NCBI GenBank assembly: GCA_900769875.1
Contig: CAAGII010000016.1
Coordinates: forward strand, 14,795-78,794
Origin: Clostridia bacterium
GTDB lineage: Bacteria; Bacillota; Clostridia; Christensenellales; Aristaeellaceae
Direction of reading: 5' to 3'
DNA: 64,000 nt
Of this stretch, positions 28,301 through 36,262 are shown piece by piece. The translations under genes and the position numbers were made by a program. Under the pieces are notes generated by a model. That model was not told the DNA's origin. It searched no databases and saw nothing but the letters and a program-made list of their open reading frames with translations. How positions within the stretch are numbered: the stretch's first letter is position 1; every line of letters starts with the position of its first letter.

Positions 28301-28415
28301 AGGCGTCGGAGGTTACGCTGACCTGCGGCGCAGCAAAGAGCGTATACAGGATGGCGCAAAGCGCCAGCAGCGCGGCCACCGCGCCCACTTCCCTGCCCCT
28401 TCGCTGATCGGTCAT
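25389..28415 (-). CDS. 1008-aa polytopic membrane protein built from two copies of an unrecognised module
   Basis: GAGGTGG lies 4 nt upstream of ATG 28415. There are ~20 hydrophobic helices. Halves aa 1-495 and 500-1008 share ordered motifs (see findings). The stop overlaps the next start (TGATG at 25387-25391). Confidence 0.8.
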   Translation of the reverse strand: MTDQRRGREVGAVAALLALCAILYTLFAAPQVSVTSDASYVGAMEQLRITWADEQVQPGDVAQAFAYQRFDYASLLKPGQPGMLYPAALVRLVTQPFGLLFDTRLLACAYALMIALGVYLAVSGLYRRSRTAAIASAAVMTLAMMHSDITAYLNSLYPMGAAMAWLMLLIGCTVNALCGDRGSGFLRVAMVLVPGVALLQTQPQMLAFLPAVVICVLMTVWHALPQRCERPFYCVLTAAALVAGGTSVAVSVAAQADIRSDAANHLAVFQGYLQVTDDPERVLAGFGLDADYQRDIGRSYYDDASLFAHDPRGDEHLREAISLEKRVAYCLKHPELVTQLLRDKKNHYYDAINGRVVYEGWERGFERPSPLMLLRLLFGEGGLEATTWRMIGAALALLGLSIACRQGLRRLCLALSSLCACGALMLPVSMILTGGLDVAMTKVMFFFLGWLGLLGGIAALALFTQRLLAFLASHDAPLSLPWQHAEVRAPFARLDRLRPGRSAVMWLCAIMAFTICCCLLLPARHIGGVNNGDFGRMMEQIDLYWTRELLDHSSDQLATRVVEEYDYREPFHPQRLTSADPTYSLIFPSMLVRLWSLVTGSPYSTLVQAWILLALTLAAVLLLLHDLYPLLGRGTLFMGVLLVAMLFGENYVAWYNSLFGESTICTSLMLMLACAVHLMVMPRAGRRRMLWLALLAVSVRMLTCSKAQLLLAMPSGLALMIVLGVYHRPVRKEHSTMVQRLPMWARSVCYALVMTLLCGYVAWDSVGVYRKNDEISSKQTVWQSVFYGALMIADDVDAAMEELGLDPVLKADIGKHAYHADEDYVYPMLSDEAEEAIYSKINALTMVRYYLRHPGDLLKMLDHAAQESRTLHSHFMAYTDERYDLHEGMYRFNLWQAVRPYTACQAFWQYVLLYGAGLIVCIRVMCSRGRCAQQRLLAFLFVCVMLTGAFQYPLTVIGNGFADNNKQLFTFMLCHDLMVITAATVLLRALIRRAMGRRDLKANEGRNA

Positions 28416-28449
28416 GCTTCCACCTCATTTCCATAAGCGTATGCGCAAA

Positions 28450-31089
28450 TCAGAAACGGCTGTTCGTTTCCACAGCGCGTGAGCGCTCCGCCGCTTCCTC
28501 CGGCGTGATCGCGCCATCCTCCAGCGCGAGGCTGTCCACCATCGCAAGGCCGAAGCGGAACAGCCTGCCATCCGCGTCCTGCTGGCATCCGACCAGCAGC
28601 TGTCCGTCATAGGGGACGCACGGGCTGGTGAAGCTCGTCTGCACCGCGCCGTTCACGGCGACCGTGTAGTCGTCCCCGTGCTTTGCGATGACCAGGTGCA
28701 TGCTGCTGCGCCCGGAAGGCAGCTCATACCGCCACGTCTGCAGCCCGCCGAGATACAGCGTGACCGACTCCGTATCGTCCTGCCGCAGCATCAGTCCGCG
28801 ATAGCCAACATCCGGCTGCTCAGCAAAGCAGGACAGGTACACGCCCTTGTTGCTGCCGCGCTGGAGCACGACGGTGGTATCCAGCGTCCAGTCCTTATTG
28901 GCGTCAAAGAGCTGCACGCCGGTCTCCACACAGCGTTCCGCGCCATTGCCGAGGAAGGGGTGCGGCATGGTGTAGGCAACCGTTGAAACAACTGCCTCAT
29001 GCACCGTGGGAAGCGCGGCGGGCTCATACCGCCACGCAAGGATTTCCACCTCCGTCAGACACCCGGCCAGCACGGTCAGGCTGTTCACGCGGGTCTGGCT
29101 CTGGCGGAACACCTGTCCGCTCCCGTTCAGCTCAGCGCCCACCAGCAGCTGGCCTGCGTAGGCTTCCGCCGGAGATAGCACGCCGTCAAGCAGCTTCTCA
29201 CCGTTCAGATACACGGTGTAGGCATTCATGTTCTTCACCACGGCAAGGCGCGCTGGTTCATCGAGGACGACAGGCACGCTGATGCCCTGATTGTTGCCAA
29301 ACACGATATTGAGGCTTCCGTCCGAAAGCTGACGAACCAGCAGTCCGCGATAGTGATCGGTTTCCTCTGCAAAGTCGGCAAAATACACACCGTCGCCGCT
29401 ATTTTGCGCGGGCAACAGCTCGGACAGCAGGGTAAAGCACGAGCCCGCGTCCTCAAACAGGCGCAGTCCGGTATCCACATACGCGGGATACCCATCCGTG
29501 CCGCCCACAAACTGCTCCGGCAGTGTGTAGATGACCTCGGGCTTCTCCACGCCCTGCCCCAGCGGCAGCGGCATAGCAGGCAGCGTCGGGGGATTCCAGG
29601 CCTGCACCTGCGCGCTGGTCATCACGTGGTCATACACTTCCAGATTCAGCACATGCGTGCGGCTGAAACGGAATTTTTCACCGTTCGCGCTCAACTCCTG
29701 ACAGCCGACAAGCAGGTTGCCTGCGTAGGCGTTGCAGGGAAGCTGATAGCTGCTGAGCACTACGATACCGTTCCAGTAGACGGTGTAATGGTCAATATCC
29801 TTGACGATGGCGATGGTTGCGGTATCGCCCTGATACTCGGGCATCTGTATTTCATACTTTTCGCCCAGCAGCAGCGTCACCGTATGCTCCCTCGTCTTGC
29901 GCATCAGCAGGCCATAGTAGCCGTCCGCCACATTTTCGGAGAAGCAGGACATGTACACGCCGTCGTCTCCAACGGTTTTCATGTCGATACGGGTCAGCAG
30001 CGTCCACGATTGATAGCGATTGTCGTAGAGTTTGACGCCGGTGTCGATCATGCGGTTCACACCGTCGCCCGTGAACTGGGTTTCCATCGCGTAGGCGGCA
30101 TACTGGGCTGTGGCTGCGTTCTCTGTGCGGTTCCACAGATGTCCGTCGTCCCGCCTGCGGTCGGGCAACTGGAAGCGTTCGCTCAGATAGCGCCCAACGT
30201 CGGCGGTCAGCTTGGCGATGCCGCTGTATTGCAGATGACCGACATCATAAAAGTCGCTCGCGGGATCAATGCCGATCTCCTGCCAGTTTTTCAGATAATT
30301 CAGCGTCGGCACGCCGTATTCCTCGGCGATGGCAGTCAGGCGGTTGAGCTTCCTTGCTTCGCTCTCCGTCGCTTCATAGGGCGCAATCAGCAGCACCAGC
30401 TGCACGCCTTTGCTTTTACACAGGTCGATCATGCTGCGCAGATACTTTTCATTTTTATCCGAGAGCGGCTCCTGCCCGGTGATGGAGGCGTAATCCAGCA
30501 AATTGACATGCGCGATACGATCGGTCGGCAGCTGAATTCTGTTCACATCCAGCTCGCGGGTATAGTACCCGAAATCAAAATCGCTTGCTTCCAGCTCGCT
30601 GTAGCGGGTGTGGTAGTAGGGCATGCCCCACAGCGCTTCCACGGTCTTTTGCCATGTCGGAAAGGAAGCGAACGCGTTTGCGATCTTGTCAAGGCTCGGG
30701 CGAAGCGCAAGGGTGTTCTTAAGCGCGGCAGTTTCGGCGGAATAATCCACATCCGTGCCCGCCATGAACACCTCGACCACCGCAACCTGCGGCTTCTGGT
30801 ATTTCAGACCCTCCTTGAGGAAATAGTACGAGTTCCACAGCGGCTGCATGCCGCCCCACAGGCTGTAGCTTGCAATGCCGTAATCATCCCAGAGCATGCC
30901 GTTATCCACGTTCATGCCCACATGGGAGGAGCCGACCATCAGCACATCCACCGTGTCGGCAGGCAGGGCGTAGTATTTCTTCATGGGGGCGATCGCGTCG
31001 TCCGCCTTGGTGGACAGCACCTGATCCGTTACATAGTACGCTCCCAGCAGGAGCGTCAGAAACAGCACAACCGCAGCCAGCTTTTTCAT
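28450..31089 (-). CDS. membrane-anchored SGNH/DltD-like O-acyltransferase partner fused to three LamG/ConA-like domains
   Basis: I chose the start at MKKLAAVVLFLTLLLGAYYV (ATG 31089, GGAAAGGAG upstream). Block I-like LMVGSSHVG and block V-like FYDVGHLQYSG are present. Three ~170-aa repeats follow, each ending in YAGxLLVG(C/A)...G..FR. Confidence 0.7.
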   Translation of the reverse strand: MKKLAAVVLFLTLLLGAYYVTDQVLSTKADDAIAPMKKYYALPADTVDVLMVGSSHVGMNVDNGMLWDDYGIASYSLWGGMQPLWNSYYFLKEGLKYQKPQVAVVEVFMAGTDVDYSAETAALKNTLALRPSLDKIANAFASFPTWQKTVEALWGMPYYHTRYSELEASDFDFGYYTRELDVNRIQLPTDRIAHVNLLDYASITGQEPLSDKNEKYLRSMIDLCKSKGVQLVLLIAPYEATESEARKLNRLTAIAEEYGVPTLNYLKNWQEIGIDPASDFYDVGHLQYSGIAKLTADVGRYLSERFQLPDRRRDDGHLWNRTENAATAQYAAYAMETQFTGDGVNRMIDTGVKLYDNRYQSWTLLTRIDMKTVGDDGVYMSCFSENVADGYYGLLMRKTREHTVTLLLGEKYEIQMPEYQGDTATIAIVKDIDHYTVYWNGIVVLSSYQLPCNAYAGNLLVGCQELSANGEKFRFSRTHVLNLEVYDHVMTSAQVQAWNPPTLPAMPLPLGQGVEKPEVIYTLPEQFVGGTDGYPAYVDTGLRLFEDAGSCFTLLSELLPAQNSGDGVYFADFAEETDHYRGLLVRQLSDGSLNIVFGNNQGISVPVVLDEPARLAVVKNMNAYTVYLNGEKLLDGVLSPAEAYAGQLLVGAELNGSGQVFRQSQTRVNSLTVLAGCLTEVEILAWRYEPAALPTVHEAVVSTVAYTMPHPFLGNGAERCVETGVQLFDANKDWTLDTTVVLQRGSNKGVYLSCFAEQPDVGYRGLMLRQDDTESVTLYLGGLQTWRYELPSGRSSMHLVIAKHGDDYTVAVNGAVQTSFTSPCVPYDGQLLVGCQQDADGRLFRFGLAMVDSLALEDGAITPEEAAERSRAVETNSRF
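28483..30102 (-). repeat. three tandem ~170-aa domain repeats at protein level (LamG-like), approx 29590-30102, 29023-29535 and 28483-28983
   Basis: Columns align across the three copies. Examples are DTGVKLYDN/DTGLRLFED/ETGVQLFDA, GVYMSCFSE/GVYFADFAE/GVYLSCFAE, YYGLLMRK/YRGLLVRQ/YRGLMLRQ, HYTVYWNG/AYTVYLNG/DYTVAVNG and YAGNLLVGCQ/YAGQLLVGAE/YDGQLLVGCQ. Confidence 0.85.
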
Positions 31090-31105
31090 GGGAAGCTCCT
31101 TTCCG

Positions 31106-32599
31106 TCAGAACTGGAAGTAGATAAACGCCGCCGCGTCAAAGCCCGGGCCGTAGATGCCCAGTACCAGGACCGAAAGCACGCCGGCGATCACAACCGTCC
31201 AGCGAAGCCAGGCTTCCTGTCTGCCAAGCGTTTCGCGCAAGCGTATGCCGCGCTCCTGCATCACGCTGACTGCGAGCATCACCGCAAGGCTTACGCCCAG
31301 CGTCACCCACTGCGCCGTGTCAAAGCCCAGCTGCAGGAGGCTGCCATTGAGCAGTACCTCGGGGTTCCACACAAACAGGCGGCGCAGGATGCCAAACGCA
31401 TCGCTCACCGTGTTGGCGCGGAAAAAGACCCACGCAATGTCAATCAGCACAAAGGTCGTCAGCATCTGCAGCAGCCGGTGGCTGAACGTATCGGTGCGCA
31501 TGCCGCACCGGCGCATCAGCTTCTGGCGCAAGGGCTTGAGGAGACTGCCAATCACCTGATAGAGGCCGTTGAGCGCGCCCCAGATGACATAGTTCCATGC
31601 CGCGCCGTGCCACAGACCCGAGCACAGGAACACAATCATGATATTGAGATAACGGCGCACCTTTCCCTTGCGGTTGCCGCCCAGAGGAATGTACAGATAA
31701 TCGCGGAACCATGTGGAAAGCGAAATGTGCCATCTGCGCCAAAAGTCCGCCACAGAGGTAGCGAAGTAGGGACGGCGGAAGTTTTCCATCAGGTCAAAGC
31801 CCATCACCTGCGCCGCGCCGATGGCGATGCAGGAGTAGCCCGCAAAGTCGCCGTACACCTGCACTGCGAAGAGCAGCATCGCGACGAGCAGCTCCAGGCC
31901 GCTGTAGTAGGAGGAATAGTTGAACACCTGATTGACCACGATCGCAGCGCGGTCGGCAATCACGATCTTCTGGAAAAAGCCCCACACCATCATCAGCAGA
32001 CCATCGCGCACCGCGGAAAAGGAGAAGCGGTGCGGCTCGTCAAACTGGGTCAGCAGATGGGAGGAGCGCTCAATCGGGCCTGCGACCAGCTGCGGGAAGA
32101 AGCTGACAAAGGTCGCGTACCTGAAGAAGTTCTTCTCCACGCGCACCTGACGGCGGTACACGTCCATGGTATAGGAAAGCGCCTGAAAAATGTAGAACGA
32201 GATACCGACGGGCAACAGCACATCAAACCCGGGCTTGACCGCCGCAAGACCCATAGAGGCGCGCACCGTGTTGATGTTGTCCACCACAAAGCCGAAATAC
32301 TTGAAGAAGAACAGGATACCCAGATTGATGGCAAAGGAGAGCGCAATCCACGCCTTTTCATGGACAAGCACGCGCTTGCCCGCCTCCCTTCGCTGCATGG
32401 CGCGCCCGATGAGCAGACCCGAGCCGAAGGTGACCAGCGTGGACAGGAGCAAAAGCAAGGCGTAGGTCGGATTCCAGCACATGTAAAAGGCATAGGAGGT
32501 CACCAGCAGCCAGTACATGCGCAGCCTGCCCGGAATGGCATAGTACAAAAGCACCACCGCCGGGAAGAAGAGCAGGAATTCAATGGAGTTAAACAGCAT
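31106..32599 (-). CDS. MBOAT family O-acyltransferase (AlgI/DltB/WssH-like)
   Basis: It reads MLFNSIEFLLFFPAVVLLYY and carries the conserved histidine region FWRRWHISLSTWFRDYLYIPLGGNRKG. Both are hallmark strings of AlgI-type MBOATs. Confidence 0.9.
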   Translation of the reverse strand: MLFNSIEFLLFFPAVVLLYYAIPGRLRMYWLLVTSYAFYMCWNPTYALLLLLSTLVTFGSGLLIGRAMQRREAGKRVLVHEKAWIALSFAINLGILFFFKYFGFVVDNINTVRASMGLAAVKPGFDVLLPVGISFYIFQALSYTMDVYRRQVRVEKNFFRYATFVSFFPQLVAGPIERSSHLLTQFDEPHRFSFSAVRDGLLMMVWGFFQKIVIADRAAIVVNQVFNYSSYYSGLELLVAMLLFAVQVYGDFAGYSCIAIGAAQVMGFDLMENFRRPYFATSVADFWRRWHISLSTWFRDYLYIPLGGNRKGKVRRYLNIMIVFLCSGLWHGAAWNYVIWGALNGLYQVIGSLLKPLRQKLMRRCGMRTDTFSHRLLQMLTTFVLIDIAWVFFRANTVSDAFGILRRLFVWNPEVLLNGSLLQLGFDTAQWVTLGVSLAVMLAVSVMQERGIRLRETLGRQEAWLRWTVVIAGVLSVLVLGIYGPGFDAAAFIYFQF

Positions 32600-32687
32600 G
32601 GCAATTCTCCGTTCCGTCGATCGTCTTGTGATGCTCAGGCAGGTTCACGTCTTGCTTGCGCCCGTTTGTCGTCAATGTGCCGCCGAC

Positions 32688-34988
32688 TCACTCCTGCTTG
32701 CCCTTGTTGCGCCGATGCGCGCGCAGCGTGAGAATCAGGATGCCGATGAACACCACCAGCATGCTGCCAAGACCCGTCAGAAGAAGGATGATCGGCTCGC
32801 GGTTTTCCATGATGACGCGCTTGAAGCTCGGCGCTTCCTCGCCGTTCTCCACCGCGGCGGCGGTCGTGAACTGATAGCTGTTCGCCTGACCGTGCGTATC
32901 CACCAGCACGGCTTCCCTGTTCAGCGCCCAGCGGAGCTTTTCGCTGGATAGGCGCTCGGTCAGCGCCCGGATACCCTCCGACGCTGGCGCGGAAATCACC
33001 AGCATGGCGCGGTTGACCGAATAGGGCGAGACCAGCAGCTGGATCACGCCCACCTCGGCGGCATATTGCTGGTTGAGGATCAGCTTGTCGTTGGACTCAA
33101 AGCGGGTCAGATCATCGGTATAGCGGAAGTGGAGGCTGCCGTTCAGGCTGGCGATCATGCGGTTGGTCGATGCCTTGCCCACCAGCACAAGATTCCGGTC
33201 GGCATGGCTGACCTCGGTAAACTCATGGTCGCAGATCACGCTCAGGCTGCCGTAGGGATCGCTGCCCGCGCCAAGCATGGCCACCGCGCGGCCGCACAGG
33301 TTCAGCTCCTCAGCGTCCGGGAGCGCCGGCAGCACCACAAGCACATCATTCATGCGGCTGTTGCGCTGGAAGGGCGCGGGACGGTTGCCAAGGCTCAGGC
33401 TGACCTTTTCGCCCTGAGGCAGATAGAGCACGGAATTCTCGGCAATGTACGCCCACGGCATGTTTAGCTGACGGGGCGTGCAGTCCAGATCCTTGACCTC
33501 AAGGTCGAAGGTGATGGTCAGATAGGTGCCTGCCACGCCCACAGCGTCCGCGGGCACGGAGAACGCCACAGTCTCACCGTCCGCGCCATCGCGGGTCAGC
33601 TTGCGTGAGTACATGGGCAGGCTGTTGCCCCAGTAAACCGTCATCAGGCTGCGATCCCAGTCCAGATTCTCCGAATAACGGATGTGGAAGGTGAACTTGC
33701 CCTCGCTGGAAAGCACATAGTCCTCCGGCACAGGCAGGTAGAGGGTCGCCGTCTGGTGGAACGGGCCGACAAAGCTTGCGCCGTGTCCCAGGATATCCTT
33801 GAAGGTGTACTGTCCCTCCACAGCCAGCGCGGAAAGCTTGCCGGCCTCGATGTAGGCTCTTGCTTCGCCCACACTCACATGCGCGGTGCGATCGTGCAGC
33901 TGCGATATGCGGCTCTCGTCATTGAGCAGGCGGGCGGCCTCCAGCAGCGCGGCGCGCTCGCTTGCAATCACAAGCAGGTACTCGCGCTCTCCGTCCGTCA
34001 CGCGCTGAATGAGCGCTCCGGTCGGCGGCACCTCCTGATTGAGCAGCGCAAGCAGGCGGGCGGGTGTGTTGTCCTTCAATCCAAAGTAGATCACATGCTT
34101 GCGCGAGGTATCAGAAATTCTCGCGACCTCCACATCGTTCTGCGCGGAAAGCGCCGTGCCAAGGCCTGCCATCAGATTCATGGCGGCGGTCAGCTCGTCG
34201 TTGTCCATCACATCGGACACCGTGATGGCGCATTCGGCGCCCGTCTGATCCATCATCGACAGGAAGGGATAGGGGAACACGCTCAGCTCCTCCGCCTTCT
34301 CGGACAGCTCGTAGGCGATGCGCAGACAGGTGGATTCGTCAAACTTGATCCAGTTGGCGCCGTTGTAGTCGTCCGTACAGCCCTCGTTGTCGGTCAGGCG
34401 TACGTAGGCGCCGATTTCCAGCAGGTTGTAGCCGGGGACAAGCAGCTCAACCGGCACGGCGATATACAGCACGGTGCGGGCACGCTCCACACCCACCCGC
34501 ACATAGGTGGAGTAGAAAGGCGTACCGTTCATGTAGAACGTCATCGACGATAGGTCGGACAGAATCAGGTCGGAGGCGGTATAGCACACCCGCATCAGCG
34601 CCATGGTCGGCGTGACATACTCCGGCACCTCCACATACAGGCTCAGCACCGAATAGATGCCGCGGATATACTGCACCGAGCCGAAGCCGTAGTCGGCAAA
34701 ATAGGCGCCGTCCAGCCGCGCGTTCTGGAACGCCTGCTCCAGCTCGCTCTGCCGCTCCAGCTCCTGCTGAACGATGAGGTCGTTCACGCCCAGCGGCATC
34801 CGCTCCTCCGTCTCCGGCGGGAGAGGGGTCGGGGTCGCCGTCAGGTCGGACACGGGCGTGAGAACCGCTTCGGGCGCGGCAAGATCCGTCGCGTCGTTTT
34901 CAGCCAGTCCTGCTGCCGGGGCGAAGGCGCACAAAAGCGCAAGCATCCATGCAGCGATACGCAGAAAAGCTCGATTTTGACCCTTCAT
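32688..34988 (-). CDS. BcsB-like (YdaN-like) extracytoplasmic polysaccharide-synthase subunit with a C-terminal TM anchor
   Basis: I chose the start at MKGQNRAFLRIAAWMLALLCAFAPAAGLA (ATG 34988, GGAGGG 9 nt upstream). Two BcsB-like segments are present (SSMTFYMNGTPFYS...GYNLLEIGA and RSLMTVYWGNSLPMYS...). The C-terminal helix is PIILLLTGLGSMLVVFIGILILTL. Confidence 0.65.
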   Translation of the reverse strand: MKGQNRAFLRIAAWMLALLCAFAPAAGLAENDATDLAAPEAVLTPVSDLTATPTPLPPETEERMPLGVNDLIVQQELERQSELEQAFQNARLDGAYFADYGFGSVQYIRGIYSVLSLYVEVPEYVTPTMALMRVCYTASDLILSDLSSMTFYMNGTPFYSTYVRVGVERARTVLYIAVPVELLVPGYNLLEIGAYVRLTDNEGCTDDYNGANWIKFDESTCLRIAYELSEKAEELSVFPYPFLSMMDQTGAECAITVSDVMDNDELTAAMNLMAGLGTALSAQNDVEVARISDTSRKHVIYFGLKDNTPARLLALLNQEVPPTGALIQRVTDGEREYLLVIASERAALLEAARLLNDESRISQLHDRTAHVSVGEARAYIEAGKLSALAVEGQYTFKDILGHGASFVGPFHQTATLYLPVPEDYVLSSEGKFTFHIRYSENLDWDRSLMTVYWGNSLPMYSRKLTRDGADGETVAFSVPADAVGVAGTYLTITFDLEVKDLDCTPRQLNMPWAYIAENSVLYLPQGEKVSLSLGNRPAPFQRNSRMNDVLVVLPALPDAEELNLCGRAVAMLGAGSDPYGSLSVICDHEFTEVSHADRNLVLVGKASTNRMIASLNGSLHFRYTDDLTRFESNDKLILNQQYAAEVGVIQLLVSPYSVNRAMLVISAPASEGIRALTERLSSEKLRWALNREAVLVDTHGQANSYQFTTAAAVENGEEAPSFKRVIMENREPIILLLTGLGSMLVVFIGILILTLRAHRRNKGKQE

Positions 34989-35005
34989 GTGCATCATACC
35001 CTCCA

Positions 35006-36262
35006 TCAATCAGCCGATCTTTCCGTTTTATACCAGGTAACTTCCGTATTGGTGATGATGCGCTTCACCGTCATGTACAGCGCGCGCAGGACGACAACCA
35101 CCCACAGCTTGCAGTAGGAGAACAGCATCAGCATGACGATGAGCGCCGATTCCAGGTTGAACTCGTTCTTTTCAAGGCTCAGCGTCAGCATCACGTTGAA
35201 TTCAAACAGGATGCAGGCCATGACCCACACCAATGTGGACAGCCCTCCGAGGGTCACGTGCGCGTAGCCCAGGATGCCCAGCACAAAGATGGTGTCGGAG
35301 CATACCAGCGCCGTGGCCATCAGCAGGTAAACCAGCGAGTAATACAGTACGTCCAGGCGCATCCTGCCGCCCCGGGGATCGAAGATGTACTTGAAGTTGT
35401 TGGCCAGCACGTACAGATTGCCCATGGCCCAGCGGGTGCGCTGCTTGAACCAGATGTCCAGCCGGAACGGCTCCTGCTCCCATGTGACGGCAGCGGGGAT
35501 CTGCCGGATTTTGTAGCCCATGCGGTAAATGCGGAAGCTGATTTCCGTATCCTCGGAAAGCGCCTTCGGGTCCCATCCGCCGATCTTCTCAATGATGTGG
35601 CGGTGGATCACGAAATTCGTACCGGGAATGGTGCACAGTCCGAAGAAGAACCACCGACCCGCCTGATTCATGCACTGGTGCGCGAGGGTCTCGATGTTGA
35701 CAAAGCGGGTCAGCAGCGAGGCGTTGCGGTTGCGGGTGCGGAACTTGCCGATTACCGCGCCCAGCGAATCATCCGCCATCAGGTGCTCCACCAGAATGCG
35801 AAGCGCCTGCGGCTCCGGCGTGTTGTCCGCGTCATAGATGGCGAACACCGAGCCGCGCGCCACCGAGTAGCCGATATTCAGCGCGTTTGACTTGCCCGTG
35901 CCGCCCACCACATTGTCGGTGCTGACCACCATCAGCATGCGATCCGGATTCTCCGCCTGAATGGCGGCGAGCGCCTCCGCCGTGTTGTCGGACGAGTTGT
36001 CGTTGATGACGATGATCTCATAGCGATCCTTCGGATAGTCGAAGCGGAGCAGCGCCTGCACCGTGCGGCGGATGACGGCGCTCTCGTTATGCGCGGGCAC
36101 CATCACCGATACGAAGGGGTACTCCTCCAGCGGTATGTGAGGGTCCTCCTTGCCCATGCGGTAGTAATAGATGAAGCCGCCCACCGACAGCAGCACATTG
36201 ATGCCCATCAGCGTCCAGATGGCGATCATGGAAAAAAGGGTCAGGTAATCAATCAGACTCAT
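35006..36262 (-). CDS. processive family-2 glycosyltransferase (YdaM/BcsA-core-like synthase, no PilZ domain)
   Basis: It reads VSVMVPAHNES, AIYDADN (the DxD motif), LSEDTEISFR (TED-like) and KQRTRWAMGN (QxxRW). TM helices lie at both ends. It is 418 aa with no C-terminal extension. Confidence 0.88.
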   Translation of the reverse strand: MSLIDYLTLFSMIAIWTLMGINVLLSVGGFIYYYRMGKEDPHIPLEEYPFVSVMVPAHNESAVIRRTVQALLRFDYPKDRYEIIVINDNSSDNTAEALAAIQAENPDRMLMVVSTDNVVGGTGKSNALNIGYSVARGSVFAIYDADNTPEPQALRILVEHLMADDSLGAVIGKFRTRNRNASLLTRFVNIETLAHQCMNQAGRWFFFGLCTIPGTNFVIHRHIIEKIGGWDPKALSEDTEISFRIYRMGYKIRQIPAAVTWEQEPFRLDIWFKQRTRWAMGNLYVLANNFKYIFDPRGGRMRLDVLYYSLVYLLMATALVCSDTIFVLGILGYAHVTLGGLSTLVWVMACILFEFNVMLTLSLEKNEFNLESALIVMLMLFSYCKLWVVVVLRALYMTVKRIITNTEVTWYKTERSAD

